64,000 nt of DNA from Candidatus Latescibacterota bacterium (GTDB lineage Bacteria > Latescibacterota > UBA2968): the NCBI GenBank assembly GCA_965204745.1, contig OZ242010.1, positions 32,001-96,000 of the forward strand, written 5' to 3'. Positions 1-10,907 of this stretch are shown piece after piece. How positions within the stretch are numbered: position 1 is the stretch's first letter; every line of letters begins with the position of its first letter. Both the position numbers and the translations under genes were made by a program. A model generated the notes under the pieces. The model saw nothing but the letters and a program-made list of their open reading frames with translations, did no database searches and was not told where the DNA came from.

Positions 1-931
1 ATGCGTTTTGCGGATCCACAGAGAGGTAGATGTAAAAAAGCCCGGCGTCGCTAAAGTCGATGTAGTCTGCCGAGGCTTCATCCGCGAGACCCTGTTGAAT
101 GATGGACCAGTAGAGGCGGCTGTTGCTCGCCGCGCCCAAGTACACGGCGAGCAAATCGGCTGTGGGGGCGTGAGCATCGGCCGAGGGCGGTGCTGGAAAG
201 GCGAGGGCGATGTGTTCGCGGGCCGCGTTTTCGCGTTGCACAATGCGGGTTGCGGGCTGGAAAATGGGCGTAGGTTGTTTGCGGGCCGCGGCGGATGGGT
301 GCCAGTTGCCGCAATGGGTTTCGACTGCGCGGATGATCTCTTCGCGGTCAAACGCGCCTGTAATGACAAAGGTGAGGTTGTTCGCGCCGTAGCGGCGTTG
401 GTGGTATTCTGCCATGCAATCCCGGCTGATGTCCCGCACCGTGTCCGTCGTGCCCAACACGCCTTGCCCCAAGGGGTGATCCCCAAAGGCTTCGCGGATG
501 AGGTCATCCACAATCAGCGCGTCTGGCTGGTCGTGGTACATGGCAATTTCTTCGAGAATGACCTGTTTTTCCGTGGCGAACTCGTCTGCCGGCAAGTTGG
601 CGCGCATCATGTCGCTGAGGATTTCAATGGCGTCTGTTGCGCGGTCGCGCTGCACCCAGTGAAAATACGCCGTGCCCTCCCACCACGTATAGGCGTTCCA
701 CAACGCACCTAGGTCATCTACATCGAGGGCGAGTTGTCGCCAATCGCGCTTGGGCGTGCCCTTGAAGCACATGTGTTCGAGAAAATGCGAGATGCCCAAC
801 AACTCGGGATCTTCGTCGCGCGAACCGGTTTGCACAAAAAACCCCACTGCCGCGGACCGGATGCGCGGGATGGTTTCAAAAACGAGTTTGAGACCGTTGT
901 GCAAGGTTTGGGTTGAAAAAGGTGATGCCAT
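1..931 (-). CDS. M16 (pitrilysin/insulinase) family zinc peptidase, 3' end runs off window
   Basis: Manual minus-strand translation from ATG at 931 (GAGGAG RBS): MASPFSTQTLHNGLKLVFETIPRIRSAAVGFFVQTGSRDEDPELLGISHFLEHMCFKGT, containing the inverted zinc motif HxxEH. Not in the ORF track because it is open-ended. Confidence 0.9.
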   Translation of the reverse strand, partial: MASPFSTQTLHNGLKLVFETIPRIRSAAVGFFVQTGSRDEDPELLGISHFLEHMCFKGTPKRDWRQLALDVDDLGALWNAYTWWEGTAYFHWVQRDRATDAIEILSDMMRANLPADEFATEKQVILEEIAMYHDQPDALIVDDLIREAFGDHPLGQGVLGTTDTVRDISRDCMAEYHQRRYGANNLTFVITGAFDREEIIRAVETHCGNWHPSAAARKQPTPIFQPATRIVQRENAAREHIALAFPAPPSADAHAPTADLLAVYLGAASNSRLYWSIIQQGLADEASADYIDFSDAGLFYIYLSVDPQNA

Positions 932-1059
932 GAAAAGCTCCTCGTGCGTTCTCGCCCAGGCGATCAGGATGGTCAAAAAATAAAAAGCAACGGCAATCGT
1001 ATTGCGCGGCGCGAAAAGTAAGGTGCGTTTGGCGGGTTGTCAACTCGTAGGATGGGCGA

Positions 1060-2304
1060 TCAGAATTGTCGAAAATAAAATTGCGTGCCCCATTTGTCGA
1101 GGTGTTCGGGCCAGAGGAGGCATCCGCCGCTGATGAGCGCGCCGCCCTCGTTGAGGTGATCGAGCACGGCGGCTCTCATGCTGCTGTCGCGGGGGGCCGT
1201 GGCGAGGTCGTGGACATAAGGCCCGAAGATGCGGTCGAGACCGCTGTGTTTCCCGCGCGAGTTGAGGGGAAAGAGGTAGCATTCGCGTTGAAAGCGCGGG
1301 ATGTTGGCGTTCTGGCCGAGCAATCGCCGGTAAGTGGGGTCGAGGAACCAAGAGGTACAACACACGGCTTTGAAGGGCCGGTCGGGAAAGTACTTGGGGA
1401 AAAACTCAGCGGCTTGGCGCAGGGAATCGCCGCAGGCTTCAAAGCCCATGGGGCCGTCTTCGGGGATGTGGATTTCGAGGATGGGATCGCCCTCGGCGAG
1501 GACGCAATCCCATTCGACGCGGGCAAGGCGAATGGCTCGGCGTTGGGCATGGCCGTTGGGGTGAATGGGGTTGCCGATGATGTGGGTGCGCGTTTCAGCG
1601 AGTTCGGATGTCCACGCCTGCGGGTCTTTTCGTTCGCCCGCGCCATTGTACTTGCCGTCTGTGCGAAAGGTCAATCCGGATTCGCACAGGAGCCGAATTT
1701 GCGCGGTGGCGCGATGGCGATAGGCGCGCATTTCTTGGCGATAAGGGCCGGTTTTGTATTGCAAGCGTCCTATGCGGTAGAGGTCCCCGTTGAGGTGGCC
1801 GAGTAGCCAGGGCAAGATGCGCGTGCATAATCCCCACGCGCCGGGTTGGCCCGGGTGGAAGAAGCGACCGTTTTTGAAGATGCCGATGTCGCGGTATTGC
1901 CGCGCCCAGATGTACGTGTCGCGGCAGGTTAGGCGGGTGATGCTGTCGGGGATGTTGCGCGATTGGTGGTACGTACGGAGTTGCGGGATGCCCGAGAGCA
2001 TGATGAGCAAGTAGAAGGCACCGCCGAAGTTGCCGAGTGCGGGCGTGAGGATGGGCCAGTCCCGGGCGTCCGCTCGTCGCGCGCTTTTGTCGATGAAGAG
2101 CACGCGATGGGCGTGCCATGCCCTGCGCGCGAGGTCCGGGTTTGCGGCAATGCGGTTGCCGGCCCGAATGGCAAAGTCTATGGCGTCGGGCGGCAGGTTC
2201 GCCCAGTCCCCAGTTTCGCGGATGGCTCGGGGTTGCAAAAAGGCAAGCGCGCCGGGAAATGTCGCGACTGATTTTTCCCAGTGGGTAGCGAGGTTTTTTG
2301 TCAT
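1060..2304 (-). CDS. Acyltransferase domain-containing protein (GNAT-like C-terminal, DUF5596-type)
   Basis: Long ORF with motifs YRIGRLQY, LEIHIPEDGPM, CCTSWFLDP and NIPRFQRECYLFP. Start uncertain (2304 or 2349). Confidence 0.65.
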   Translation of the reverse strand: MTKNLATHWEKSVATFPGALAFLQPRAIRETGDWANLPPDAIDFAIRAGNRIAANPDLARRAWHAHRVLFIDKSARRADARDWPILTPALGNFGGAFYLLIMLSGIPQLRTYHQSRNIPDSITRLTCRDTYIWARQYRDIGIFKNGRFFHPGQPGAWGLCTRILPWLLGHLNGDLYRIGRLQYKTGPYRQEMRAYRHRATAQIRLLCESGLTFRTDGKYNGAGERKDPQAWTSELAETRTHIIGNPIHPNGHAQRRAIRLARVEWDCVLAEGDPILEIHIPEDGPMGFEACGDSLRQAAEFFPKYFPDRPFKAVCCTSWFLDPTYRRLLGQNANIPRFQRECYLFPLNSRGKHSGLDRIFGPYVHDLATAPRDSSMRAAVLDHLNEGGALISGGCLLWPEHLDKWGTQFYFRQF

Positions 2305-2427
2305 GCGGATTTGGATATGAGATTGTCCTTGGAAATTATCCCCTCGCATGCTAATTTCTCAAAAATTGCTCCTCGTGTCAAAGTTATTTGACCGTCGGTT
2401 TTTGCCTTTCGCGTTGGGGAATCCCCC

Positions 2428-4170
2428 TTGGAACGTGTCCCACTTCGGCATTACGCCGCCCTCCTAATAAGGTATCTTCGCCCGCATTGGAAGCGCGTGG
2501 TTTGGTTGGGCGTTTTCATGGTCACGGGCATTGGCCTCAATCTGATCAATCCCCAAATCGTCCGATATTTTATCGACACGGCGCAGGCAGATGGGCCCGT
2601 GCAAAACCTCATCTGGGCTGGCGTTGCGTTTCTCGCCCTAGGCATCGTGCGGCAAGGCGTGCAAATCGCGAGTTCGTACCTCGGGCAAGACGTGGGCTGG
2701 CGCGCGACGAATCAGATGCGGAACAATTTGGCGCACCACTGCCTCAACTTGGACATGGGCTTTCACCATGAACACGCCCCGGGCGAGATGATCGAGCGCG
2801 TTGACGGGGATACGATGGCCCTGGCCAATTTCTTTTCGCAATTCGTCATTCAGGTGATCGGCAGTTCGTTTTTTTTGCTCGGGGTTCTCGCCTTGGTGTT
2901 CCGCGAGGACTGGCGCGTGGGCGCGGCCCTGACGGGTTTTTCGATGCTCGCCTTCGTCGTTTTTAATCTCACGCGCAATATTGCCGTGCCCATTTACACC
3001 CGCGAGCGCGAGCGTTATGCGCGCCTGTACGGGTTTATCGAAGAGCGATTGATCGGCATCGAGGATATTCGCACCAATGGCGCGGGCGAGTACACGCTGA
3101 ATCGGTTTTACGAGGTCAACCAAGGCGTGTTTGACCGGGTGAAGAAATCCGAGTTTATGAGCGAGGGGTTGCGCGCAATTACCGGCATCGTGTTCGCGCT
3201 GGGTTACGCGCTCGCCATGGGCATGGGGATCTGGCTTTACGAGGAGGGCACGTTCACCATAGGCGCGGTGTTTCTCGTGTTTCACTACACGTCGATGTTG
3301 CGCGAACCGCTTTTTCAAATCAGCCAGCAGATCAATGATTTGCAACGCGCCACAGCCGGGCTAAAACGCATCGAGGAGTTGCACCGCATTCAGACGCGGA
3401 TTCGGGATGGCCGGGAAAAATTGGCCGCGGGCAAGGCACTCGGCTTGGGGTTTGACCATGTGCATTTTGCGTACCATCCGGGGGACCCGGTGCTTCGGGA
3501 CGTTTCCTTCGCGCTGGCGCCGGGCAAGACCCTGGGCCTGTTGGGGCGCACGGGCAGCGGCAAGACCACGATGACGCGCTTGCTCTTTCGGCTTTACGAT
3601 GTTCAGCGCGGGCAGATTCGCATTGGGGATCAGAATATCCAGAATATCCGCTTGGCCGACCTGCGGCAACACGTGGGCATGGTGACGCAGGATGTGCAGG
3701 TTTTCAACGCGAGTGTGCGCGACAATCTCACGCTTTTTCGGCCGGGGGTGTCGGATGAAAAGATCATCGGCATTTTGGATGACTTGGGCTTGGGCGCGTG
3801 GTACGCGGCTTTGGCGGATGGGTTGGATACCGAACTCATGGCGAGCAGCTTGTCCGCAGGCGAGGCGCAGTTGCTGGCATTTGCCCGGGTATTTCTCAAG
3901 GACCCGGGCTTGGTCATTTTGGACGAACCCTCGTCGCGGCTCGACCCGGCGACCGAGCAGCAGATCAACCGCGCCGTGGAACGGTTGTTGCGAGACCGCA
4001 CGGGGATCATCATCGCCCATCGCTTGGATACGGTCGAGCGCGTGGACGATATTTTGATTTTGGACGCGGGACAGATTCGGGAATTTGGCCCGCGCGCTAC
4101 ACTTCTTGCGAACCCAAACTCGAGGTTTTCACACTTGCTCAACGCGGGCTTGGAGGAATGGATCGCATGA
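2428..4170 (+). CDS. ABC exporter, fused permease/ATPase (heterodimer subunit 1)
   Basis: TMD plus Walker A GRTGSGKT, degenerate signature LSAGE, Walker B ILDE and H-loop IAHRL. Confidence 0.93.
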   Translation: MERVPLRHYAALLIRYLRPHWKRVVWLGVFMVTGIGLNLINPQIVRYFIDTAQADGPVQNLIWAGVAFLALGIVRQGVQIASSYLGQDVGWRATNQMRNNLAHHCLNLDMGFHHEHAPGEMIERVDGDTMALANFFSQFVIQVIGSSFFLLGVLALVFREDWRVGAALTGFSMLAFVVFNLTRNIAVPIYTRERERYARLYGFIEERLIGIEDIRTNGAGEYTLNRFYEVNQGVFDRVKKSEFMSEGLRAITGIVFALGYALAMGMGIWLYEEGTFTIGAVFLVFHYTSMLREPLFQISQQINDLQRATAGLKRIEELHRIQTRIRDGREKLAAGKALGLGFDHVHFAYHPGDPVLRDVSFALAPGKTLGLLGRTGSGKTTMTRLLFRLYDVQRGQIRIGDQNIQNIRLADLRQHVGMVTQDVQVFNASVRDNLTLFRPGVSDEKIIGILDDLGLGAWYAALADGLDTELMASSLSAGEAQLLAFARVFLKDPGLVILDEPSSRLDPATEQQINRAVERLLRDRTGIIIAHRLDTVERVDDILILDAGQIREFGPRATLLANPNSRFSHLLNAGLEEWIA

Positions 4171-5918
4171 CGATGGGACAAACCACATGGCGGTTGCTCA
4201 AGTTCCGCCCGGCCCTGTTTTTTGCCACGGTCTTTTTTCGCGGGATCGACGATGTCGCGCCCTTTCTCGTGGGCGTGATTATGAAGGGGTTTTTCGACGC
4301 GCTCACGGGGCAAGCCGAGGCCGGGTTCACGGCTTGGACCCTGGTCGCGCTGTTTGTCGCGGTTGAGATCGGGGACCGCATCGCCCTGTTTGGCTCGGCT
4401 TTTACGTGGCCGCGCTGGTGGTACGCGATAGAGACCCTGTTGCGGAAAAATCTCCTGATGGCGATTCTCGAGGTGCGAGACCCGGGGAAGATCGCCACCG
4501 CGTCTGGTGAAGTGACCAATCGGTTTCGGGACGATGTGTTGGGCATTATTCACTATATGGATCGGTATATCCACATGTGGGGCAATCTCGTGTTTGCGGG
4601 GCTGGCGATTTCCTATATGGCGAAGATCGATCCCTATATCACGGTGATTACCATCGTCCCGGCGATCTGCGTGGTGATCGTGGTGGATTTTGCGCGCAAT
4701 TACATTCACAAGTACCGCACCGCGCAGCGCGTTGCCACAGAGCGGTCCACCAATTTTATCAATGAGATGTTTCAGTCGATCCTGGCGATTAAGGTCGCCA
4801 CCACGCAGGCGCACGTTATCTCGCGGTTTCGGGTGCTCAATGATGCGCGGCGCAAATCCACGCTGATCGACAACCTTTTTACCCAGATACTCAGTTCCAT
4901 CAATTTCAACCTCGGCCACATTGCCACGGGCGTCATTCTCATCCTCGTCGCGGAGAAGATGAAATCGGGCGCGTTCACCGTCGGGGATATGGCTCTGTTT
5001 GCCACGTACGTGGGGCAGGTCGCGCGCAGCGGTTCCCTGCTCGGCACGTTGTTGACGAATCACAAGCGGGCCGAGGTGTCGTATTTTCGCATGGCCTATA
5101 CGATTGAGGATATTCCCCGAGAGCGCGTTTCCCGGCACTCGGATGTGTATCTCGATGCAGAACCCGAGGCCCCGCGGTTGCCCGCACGCGCCGAAGTGGA
5201 CAAACTCGGGGAACTCCGGGTTTGCGACCTCGGGTACACGTACCCCAAGTCTGCCAACGGCATTCGCAATATCGACCTCGTGATTCCCGCGGGGTCGTTC
5301 ACGGTGATTACCGGACAAATCGGCTCTGGCAAGACCACGTTATTGCGTGCGCTGTTGGGGGTTCTGCCGGCTGCGAGTGGAGAGATTTATTGGAACGGTG
5401 AGCAGGTCGCGGATCCCAAAACCTTTTTCGCGCCGCCGCGCTGCGCTTATACGCCGCAGATTCCGCGGTTGTTCAGCGAGTCCTTGCGCGACAATATTCT
5501 GTTGGGCCTGCCCGATGATCCGCACGCGCTCGACCACGCGCTCTACAACGGGGTTTTAGAGGCGGATGTGCCCACCCTTGAAAATGGACTGGATACGGTT
5601 GTTGGCCCGCGTGGCGTGAAATTGTCTGGAGGACAGATTCAGCGCGCGGCGGCGGCCCGCATGTTTATCCGGGAGCCCGAGTTGTCGGTGTTCGACGATC
5701 TGTCTTCCGCACTCGATGTCGAGACCGAGCGCGTGCTTTGGCAGCGCGTTTTTGAACGCCGCCGCGCCACTTGTCTCGTGGTGTCGCATCGTCGCCCCGC
5801 TCTGCGCCGCGCCGATCAGATCGTCGTTCTCAAGAACGGTCGGGTCGATTGCATAGGCACGCTGGACGAGTTGCTCGAATCGAGCGCGGAGATGCGGCAG
5901 TTGTGGGATCGGGATTGA
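4167..5918 (+). CDS. ABC exporter, fused permease/ATPase (heterodimer subunit 2)
   Basis: ATGA overlap with the upstream stop. Walker A GQIGSGKT, signature LSGGQ and degenerate Walker B VFDD. Confidence 0.92.
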   Translation: MTMGQTTWRLLKFRPALFFATVFFRGIDDVAPFLVGVIMKGFFDALTGQAEAGFTAWTLVALFVAVEIGDRIALFGSAFTWPRWWYAIETLLRKNLLMAILEVRDPGKIATASGEVTNRFRDDVLGIIHYMDRYIHMWGNLVFAGLAISYMAKIDPYITVITIVPAICVVIVVDFARNYIHKYRTAQRVATERSTNFINEMFQSILAIKVATTQAHVISRFRVLNDARRKSTLIDNLFTQILSSINFNLGHIATGVILILVAEKMKSGAFTVGDMALFATYVGQVARSGSLLGTLLTNHKRAEVSYFRMAYTIEDIPRERVSRHSDVYLDAEPEAPRLPARAEVDKLGELRVCDLGYTYPKSANGIRNIDLVIPAGSFTVITGQIGSGKTTLLRALLGVLPAASGEIYWNGEQVADPKTFFAPPRCAYTPQIPRLFSESLRDNILLGLPDDPHALDHALYNGVLEADVPTLENGLDTVVGPRGVKLSGGQIQRAAAARMFIREPELSVFDDLSSALDVETERVLWQRVFERRRATCLVVSHRRPALRRADQIVVLKNGRVDCIGTLDELLESSAEMRQLWDRD

Positions 5919-6034
5919 GAGGCATATATCTTGTTTTGCGCTTTGGAATGCGTTAAGTTTTAGTAAGTCGTGTTGACATTTTATTTTTTTGACGTTGGGC
6001 ACAGATTAGCAACTGTGTTGCTTGCTCATTTAAT

Positions 6035-6282
6035 GCGTTTGGTCCTACAGCATCGTTGGTTGCCTTCGATGCCTTCGGCGACCTACTTTTTTTTTACAGC
6101 AAAAAAAAGTAGGCGAGCGGGGTACAACTGCCCCAGCAGTTCAAAAATGCCGCTCTCAAACGCCGAGGGGCTTGCACAGCGCAAATCGCTTTTGTAACAG
6201 CACGACATGCGTCAGCCTGCAAAGTGGGTTGCATAATGGATGTTGGTTGCGAGACGGCCTTGCGCGCTGTGCGTGATGGCTT
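6035..6282 (+). repeat. Dispersed ~248-bp repeat, copy A
   Basis: Near-identical to 8218-8465. Contains the CCTACTTTTT..AAAAAGTAGG hairpin and the GAGCGGGGTACAACTG module. Confidence 0.9.
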
Positions 6283-6523
6283 GATCGGAGGGGGTTTTGC
6301 GAGAGCCCTTGTTGTGATGCCCTATTTGAACTGCGGAACGTCAGGGCTTGATTTTCTCGATCAACTCCTTCACATAACGGAGAGAGGTTCTTCTCCCTTC
6401 CTCGTAGGAAAGGGGCCAGGGGGGTAGGTACCAATAAGACATGACCGAGCGGGATTGAATCCACCGAGTAGCGAAAGAACAAGCACGCGAGGGATTCAAT
6501 TATTTTCATAGGAGGAATACAGC

Positions 6524-6943
6524 ATGGCAACCACACTCGTCCACATTGGCGTGCGCGCTACGGATATTGAAAAGACCATTCGCTTCTGGCGAGATGGCTT
6601 GGGGTTGCGCCTCGTGCAGGTTCGGGATACGTGTTATGATCTCACGGATGGCTATCACAATTTCCGCGTTTTTCAGCACAATGGGCCTTCTCGCCCCGCG
6701 CATGTGAGCGGCATGTTGGATTATTTGCACGTCGGGGTCCGCGTTCCGGATTTGGAGGCCGCGGCGCAACGCTTGACCGAGATGGGCTACGAGATTTTTT
6801 CCGATGGTCTGGATGGCAAAGAGCCGCTGGCTCCGGACGATCTGGAGGAAGGTGCGTTTAAGGTGGAAGACCCCGATGGCATTACCGTGGATATTACCGC
6901 GAGCGATGATCAATGGCCGGGCACGGGCCTGACCGAGAAGTGA
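6524..6943 (+). CDS. VOC/glyoxalase family protein
   Basis: HIGVRATDIEKTIRFWRDGLGL, HVGVRVPDLE and DPDG motifs; GGAGG RBS. Confidence 0.88.
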   Translation: MATTLVHIGVRATDIEKTIRFWRDGLGLRLVQVRDTCYDLTDGYHNFRVFQHNGPSRPAHVSGMLDYLHVGVRVPDLEAAAQRLTEMGYEIFSDGLDGKEPLAPDDLEEGAFKVEDPDGITVDITASDDQWPGTGLTEK

Positions 6944-6951
6944 GTTGCATC

Positions 6952-7317
6952 ATGGCGCATCAACTTCGGCCCATTCGAGATGATGTTGATTACGAAAATG
7001 CAGTGGCAATCGCGGATCAACTCGCGGTGCTGAACGAGAGAACGCGGGATCAAGCGGACTATCTCGAAACGCTCTGCGAATTCATCGGCAAATACGATGA
7101 TCAGCAGTACGCATCGCCATTGGCTCATCTGTCTCCGGTGCAATCGCTCGCGTATCTTTTGGCGGAGAACGAAATGACCCTGCCTCAACTCGGCGAGATT
7201 TTAGGCGAACCCCTCTCGGTGGTGCAACGAGTTCTCGCTGGCGAGCGCGCGTTGAGCGAAACGCATATTTGCACATTGGCACGACATTTCAAGGTGGAGC
7301 CGGATCTGTTTGATTAA
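6952..7317 (+). CDS. HigA-like HTH antitoxin/transcriptional regulator (no adjacent toxin)
   Basis: PIRDDVDYENA...YLETLCEFIGKYD N-terminus, then a C-terminal XRE HTH (LAGERALSETHICTLARHFKV). Confidence 0.75.
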   Translation: MAHQLRPIRDDVDYENAVAIADQLAVLNERTRDQADYLETLCEFIGKYDDQQYASPLAHLSPVQSLAYLLAENEMTLPQLGEILGEPLSVVQRVLAGERALSETHICTLARHFKVEPDLFD

Positions 7318-7329
7318 AAGGAGTTTTTC

Positions 7330-8097
7330 ATGAACATCAACTTGGATGGCAAGGTCGCGCTTATTTCCGGGGCGTCTCGGGGGATTGGTCGGGGGATCGC
7401 GCTTCAGATGGGCAAGTCGGGCGCGAAGGTCGCGGTGAATTATCGCACGCATGGAGACGAGGCCGAGGCGGTTGTGGATGAGATTCGCCAAGCGGGGTCT
7501 GACGCCTTCGCGTATCGGGCGGATGTCGCGTATCGGGCGGCCGTGGATGCGATGGTCAATGCGACAGTTGAGCAATTTGGGCGTTTGGATATCGCGGTTG
7601 CCAATGCGTATTACAGCAAGCGCGAGCCTTTTCTCGATCTCGCATTAGATGCCGCGCAGCGCACGCTTGAGGTCACGTTTTGGGGGGCGTTTCACCTGGC
7701 GCAGGCCGGCGCGCGTCAGATGGTTGAGCAGGGTGACGGAGGCGCGATTCTCTTTATCAGTTCTGTTTTGGCTTGGATACCCCTGCCAGCTTCGTTGCCC
7801 TACAACGCGGCCAAAGCCGGGATCGATCAGATGTCGGCCACCATCGCCAATGAACTGACCGAGCATCGCATTCGCTCAAATGTTATCGCGCCCGGGTACA
7901 CGGATACGCCAGGGGAACGGCAATACGCGACCGAAGCGCAAATCCGCGAGGCCGCGACTGCCCTGCCGTGGAAGCGACTGGGCACGGCCGAAGATATTGC
8001 CCATGCCGCCACATTTCTCTGTTCCGATGCGGCGGACTATATCACGGGCACGGTTTTGAGCGTGGATGGGGGATATTGGTTGAAGGTAGGGAGATGA
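7330..8097 (+). CDS. SDR family oxidoreductase
   Basis: SGASRGIG, YNAAK catalytic motif and VDGG C-terminus. Confidence 0.93.
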   Translation: MNINLDGKVALISGASRGIGRGIALQMGKSGAKVAVNYRTHGDEAEAVVDEIRQAGSDAFAYRADVAYRAAVDAMVNATVEQFGRLDIAVANAYYSKREPFLDLALDAAQRTLEVTFWGAFHLAQAGARQMVEQGDGGAILFISSVLAWIPLPASLPYNAAKAGIDQMSATIANELTEHRIRSNVIAPGYTDTPGERQYATEAQIREAATALPWKRLGTAEDIAHAATFLCSDAADYITGTVLSVDGGYWLKVGR

Positions 8098-8165
8098 GTG
8101 AGAGGTGAGAGGCAAGAGGTGAGAGGCAAGAGGTGAGAGGCAAGAGGTAAGAGGCAAGAGGCAAA
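8097..8165 (+). repeat. Heptamer tandem repeat AGAGG(C/T)(A/G)
   Basis: About 9 units directly after the SDR stop. Same family at ~25931-25990, 34636-34750, 39878-39988, 42655-42712 and 58011-58045. Confidence 0.9.
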
Positions 8166-8217
8166 GGGATGAATGAGGAACAGACATTCCGTACGGATCA
8201 TGTGTTGCTCGTCTCAA

Positions 8218-8465
8218 GCGTTTGGTCCTACAGCCTCGTTGGTTGCCTCCGATGCCTTCGGCGACCTACTTTTTTTCAGCAGCAAAAAAAAGTAAGCGAG
8301 CGGGGTACAACTGCCCCAGCAGTTCAAAAATGCCGCTCTCAAACGCCGAGGGGCTTGCACAGCGCAAATCGCTTGTGTAGCAGGACGACATGCGTTGGCC
8401 TGCAAAGTGGGTTGCATAATGGATGTTGGTTGCGAGACGGCCTTGCGCGCTGTGCGTGATGGCTT
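8218..8465 (+). repeat. Dispersed ~248-bp repeat, copy B
   Basis: Direct repeat of 6035-6282. Confidence 0.9.
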
Positions 8466-8607
8466 TAGCGGATGGGCTTTTGCGATGGCCTGGGGGCAAG
8501 GGCTTCGCTGAATGACTGTGGAACGTCAAGGGGTTCGCTCGTTGTCCGCATACCGCATCACATTAGGACAACAGAAATTCAATTTGGTATGACAAAGGAG
8601 ATGACCC

Positions 8608-9933
8608 ATGCCTACGGACCTGTCTGAACACATCGCGCAAACCGCTTTGTGCGATACGCACGAGCATCTGCGGCGAGAACGGGATTGGACCGATGAGGGG
8701 CCGGATATTTTGCAGGACCTGTTTGGCAATTACGTGCCCGCGGATCTGATTGCGGCCGGGGCGTCGCCGCAGGCCCTGAGACGCCTTACCGATGCCTCTG
8801 ACCCGGATTTGGTCGGGCGGTTGCAAGGGATAAGGGCAGCGTGGGAGGCCACGCAATACACGGGATACGGCGAGGCGGTGCGACGCATGGTCACGGATGT
8901 GTACGGGTTTGACGAGTTCACGCCGGATGTGCTCGCGCCCGCGCAGGAAAAGTTGAGGGCATTTCGCAAGCCCGGGGGACGGTACGAGTTGTTGCGCGAG
9001 GTCGCCAATCTCGATCACGTTCAAACCGATGATTTTTCTTGGCCGTGCCCGCCGGACGAATCCGGCCCGGCGTTCTTTTTGTACGACCTGTCGTGGGCGG
9101 GGTTTTGCAACGGGCAGATCGATCAAAAAGCCATTGCCGAAGACACGGGCATCGCGGTCGTGGATCTCGATTCGCTGCAAAAAGCAATGGCGGCCATTTT
9201 TGAAAAACACGCGCCTTATGCGATTGCGGTGAAGGCCCAACACGCGTACAACCGCACCTTGAAGTGGCAGGCGCGTGCGCGGGGGGATGCAGAACGCGCC
9301 TTGTACGCCGCCCTCGCGTCCAACAACGAGGTTTCCGAATCGCTGCGGTTGTGCCTCGGCGACTGGTGCTGGGCACGCGGCGTGGAACTCGCGATAGAAC
9401 ACAATTTGCCCTTCAAACTCCACACGGGCTATTACGCCGGCAACAACCGCATGCCGGTGGATCGCATCAAAGCGGGCAATCTGTGCGGGCTTTTGGCCCA
9501 ATACCTCGACGCGCGGTTCGTGCTGATGCACATTGCCTATCCGTACAGCGATGAGCTCATCGCATTGACCAAGCACTACAAAAATGTCTGGGCAGATCTG
9601 TGTTGGGCGTGGTCAATTAACCCTTACGCTTCGGGCGATTTTGTGCGCCGCTTTATCCACGCCGCGCCCATCAACAAGCTCTTTGTGTTTGGCGGGGATA
9701 CGCGCTGGCCCACCAGTGCCGCGGCCTACGCATTTCAAACGCGCTTCTGGCTCACCAAGACCCTCGAGGCCGAGGTCGCTGAAGGCTATCTCACCGAATC
9801 CCAGGCCATGCACGTTGCGTCCTGTATGATGCGCGACAATCAGTACGCATGCTTTGACCTCGAAGGCACGCGCAACGCGATTAAAGCATCCACAGATACC
9901 GGTGGGGATACGGCCCCTGTGCCCGTCCAATGA
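8608..9933 (+). CDS. Amidohydrolase family protein
   Basis: DTHEH, LHTGY, LMHIAYPY and FGGD metal-binding motifs. Confidence 0.88.
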   Translation: MPTDLSEHIAQTALCDTHEHLRRERDWTDEGPDILQDLFGNYVPADLIAAGASPQALRRLTDASDPDLVGRLQGIRAAWEATQYTGYGEAVRRMVTDVYGFDEFTPDVLAPAQEKLRAFRKPGGRYELLREVANLDHVQTDDFSWPCPPDESGPAFFLYDLSWAGFCNGQIDQKAIAEDTGIAVVDLDSLQKAMAAIFEKHAPYAIAVKAQHAYNRTLKWQARARGDAERALYAALASNNEVSESLRLCLGDWCWARGVELAIEHNLPFKLHTGYYAGNNRMPVDRIKAGNLCGLLAQYLDARFVLMHIAYPYSDELIALTKHYKNVWADLCWAWSINPYASGDFVRRFIHAAPINKLFVFGGDTRWPTSAAAYAFQTRFWLTKTLEAEVAEGYLTESQAMHVASCMMRDNQYACFDLEGTRNAIKASTDTGGDTAPVPVQ

Positions 9934-9986
9934 GGCAGATGCGGACGACTAATCAAACTGAGATAAAAGCCCACAGAAAGCCCACA

Positions 9987-10907
9987 ATGCCCCCAATAGT
10001 CATTTCCACCTGGCGATTTGGCCTCGCTGCCAATCAACCCGCATGGGACATTTTGAAAAGCGGTGGTTCCGCGCTCGACGCGGTCATTCAAGGGGTTGAA
10101 GTGGTCGAGCGCGATCCGAGGGTTCGGAGCGTTGGATACGGCGGTTATCCCAATGCCGCGGGCGAGGTCGAAGTCGATGCGGCGGTGGTCGATGGGCGCA
10201 CGCTCGGGTATGGCGCAGTGGCGGGATTGAAGCGTATTGCCACGCCCACAGCGGTGGCGCGACGGGTGATGGAGAAGACCGATCACGTATTTCTCGTGGG
10301 CGAGGGCGCGTTGCAATTTGCGCGCACACAGGGTTTTGAGGAATGCGAGATGCTGACGGCGCACGGACGAAAAGCCTGGGAAGCATGGAAAAGAGCCACA
10401 AAAGGCACAAAAGGGGTACAACTGGCGCACGGAAGAGGGCAGGCAGAGGCCCCGGCAGATGTTCACGATACCATTGGCATGATCGCGCTCGACCAACGCG
10501 GCGATCTCGCGGCGGCGTGTACCACCAGCGGCGCGGCCTTCAAGTTGCCCGGGCGCGTGGGGGATTCGCCGCTGATCGGGTCGGGCCTATACGCGGATAA
10601 TGACGCAGGCGCGGCAGTGGCCACGGGACGCGGCGAGGAGATCGTCCGCACCTGCGGGTCGTATGCTATCGTGGAACACATGCGACAAGGCAAGTCGGCC
10701 CAACGAGCGTGTGAGGCGGTCGTCCAACAACTCGTTGCGCGCGTGCCCGCGGCACAACCCCACCAAATGGCTTATATCGCGCTTGACAAGCGCGGCAACT
10801 GGGGTGCTGCGGCAGCCCGTTCTGGTTTTTTTGCGGCTGTGACGAACAACGCGGAAAATCACCTTTGCGAAAGCCGATATTTTTTTGATCGCGGCGGGAT
10901 TGTCTGA
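9987..10907 (+). CDS. N(4)-(beta-N-acetylglucosaminyl)-L-asparaginase / isoaspartyl peptidase (Ntn hydrolase)
   Basis: HDTIG autocleavage site, TTSG, GRVGDSP and ATGRGE motifs. Confidence 0.92.
   Translation: MPPIVISTWRFGLAANQPAWDILKSGGSALDAVIQGVEVVERDPRVRSVGYGGYPNAAGEVEVDAAVVDGRTLGYGAVAGLKRIATPTAVARRVMEKTDHVFLVGEGALQFARTQGFEECEMLTAHGRKAWEAWKRATKGTKGVQLAHGRGQAEAPADVHDTIGMIALDQRGDLAAACTTSGAAFKLPGRVGDSPLIGSGLYADNDAGAAVATGRGEEIVRTCGSYAIVEHMRQGKSAQRACEAVVQQLVARVPAAQPHQMAYIALDKRGNWGAAAARSGFFAAVTNNAENHLCESRYFFDRGGIV

Noticed and set aside
8-712. 234-aa plus-strand ORF, and similar long antisense or alternate-frame ORFs such as 3630-5318 and 41449-42702
   Set aside because: Shadows of well-supported genes in GC-rich DNA, with no recognisable motifs.
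5972-6010. Sigma70 promoter from TTGACA (also ~30469, 59475, 62205)
   Set aside because: No convincing -10 hexamer at 16-18 bp spacing.
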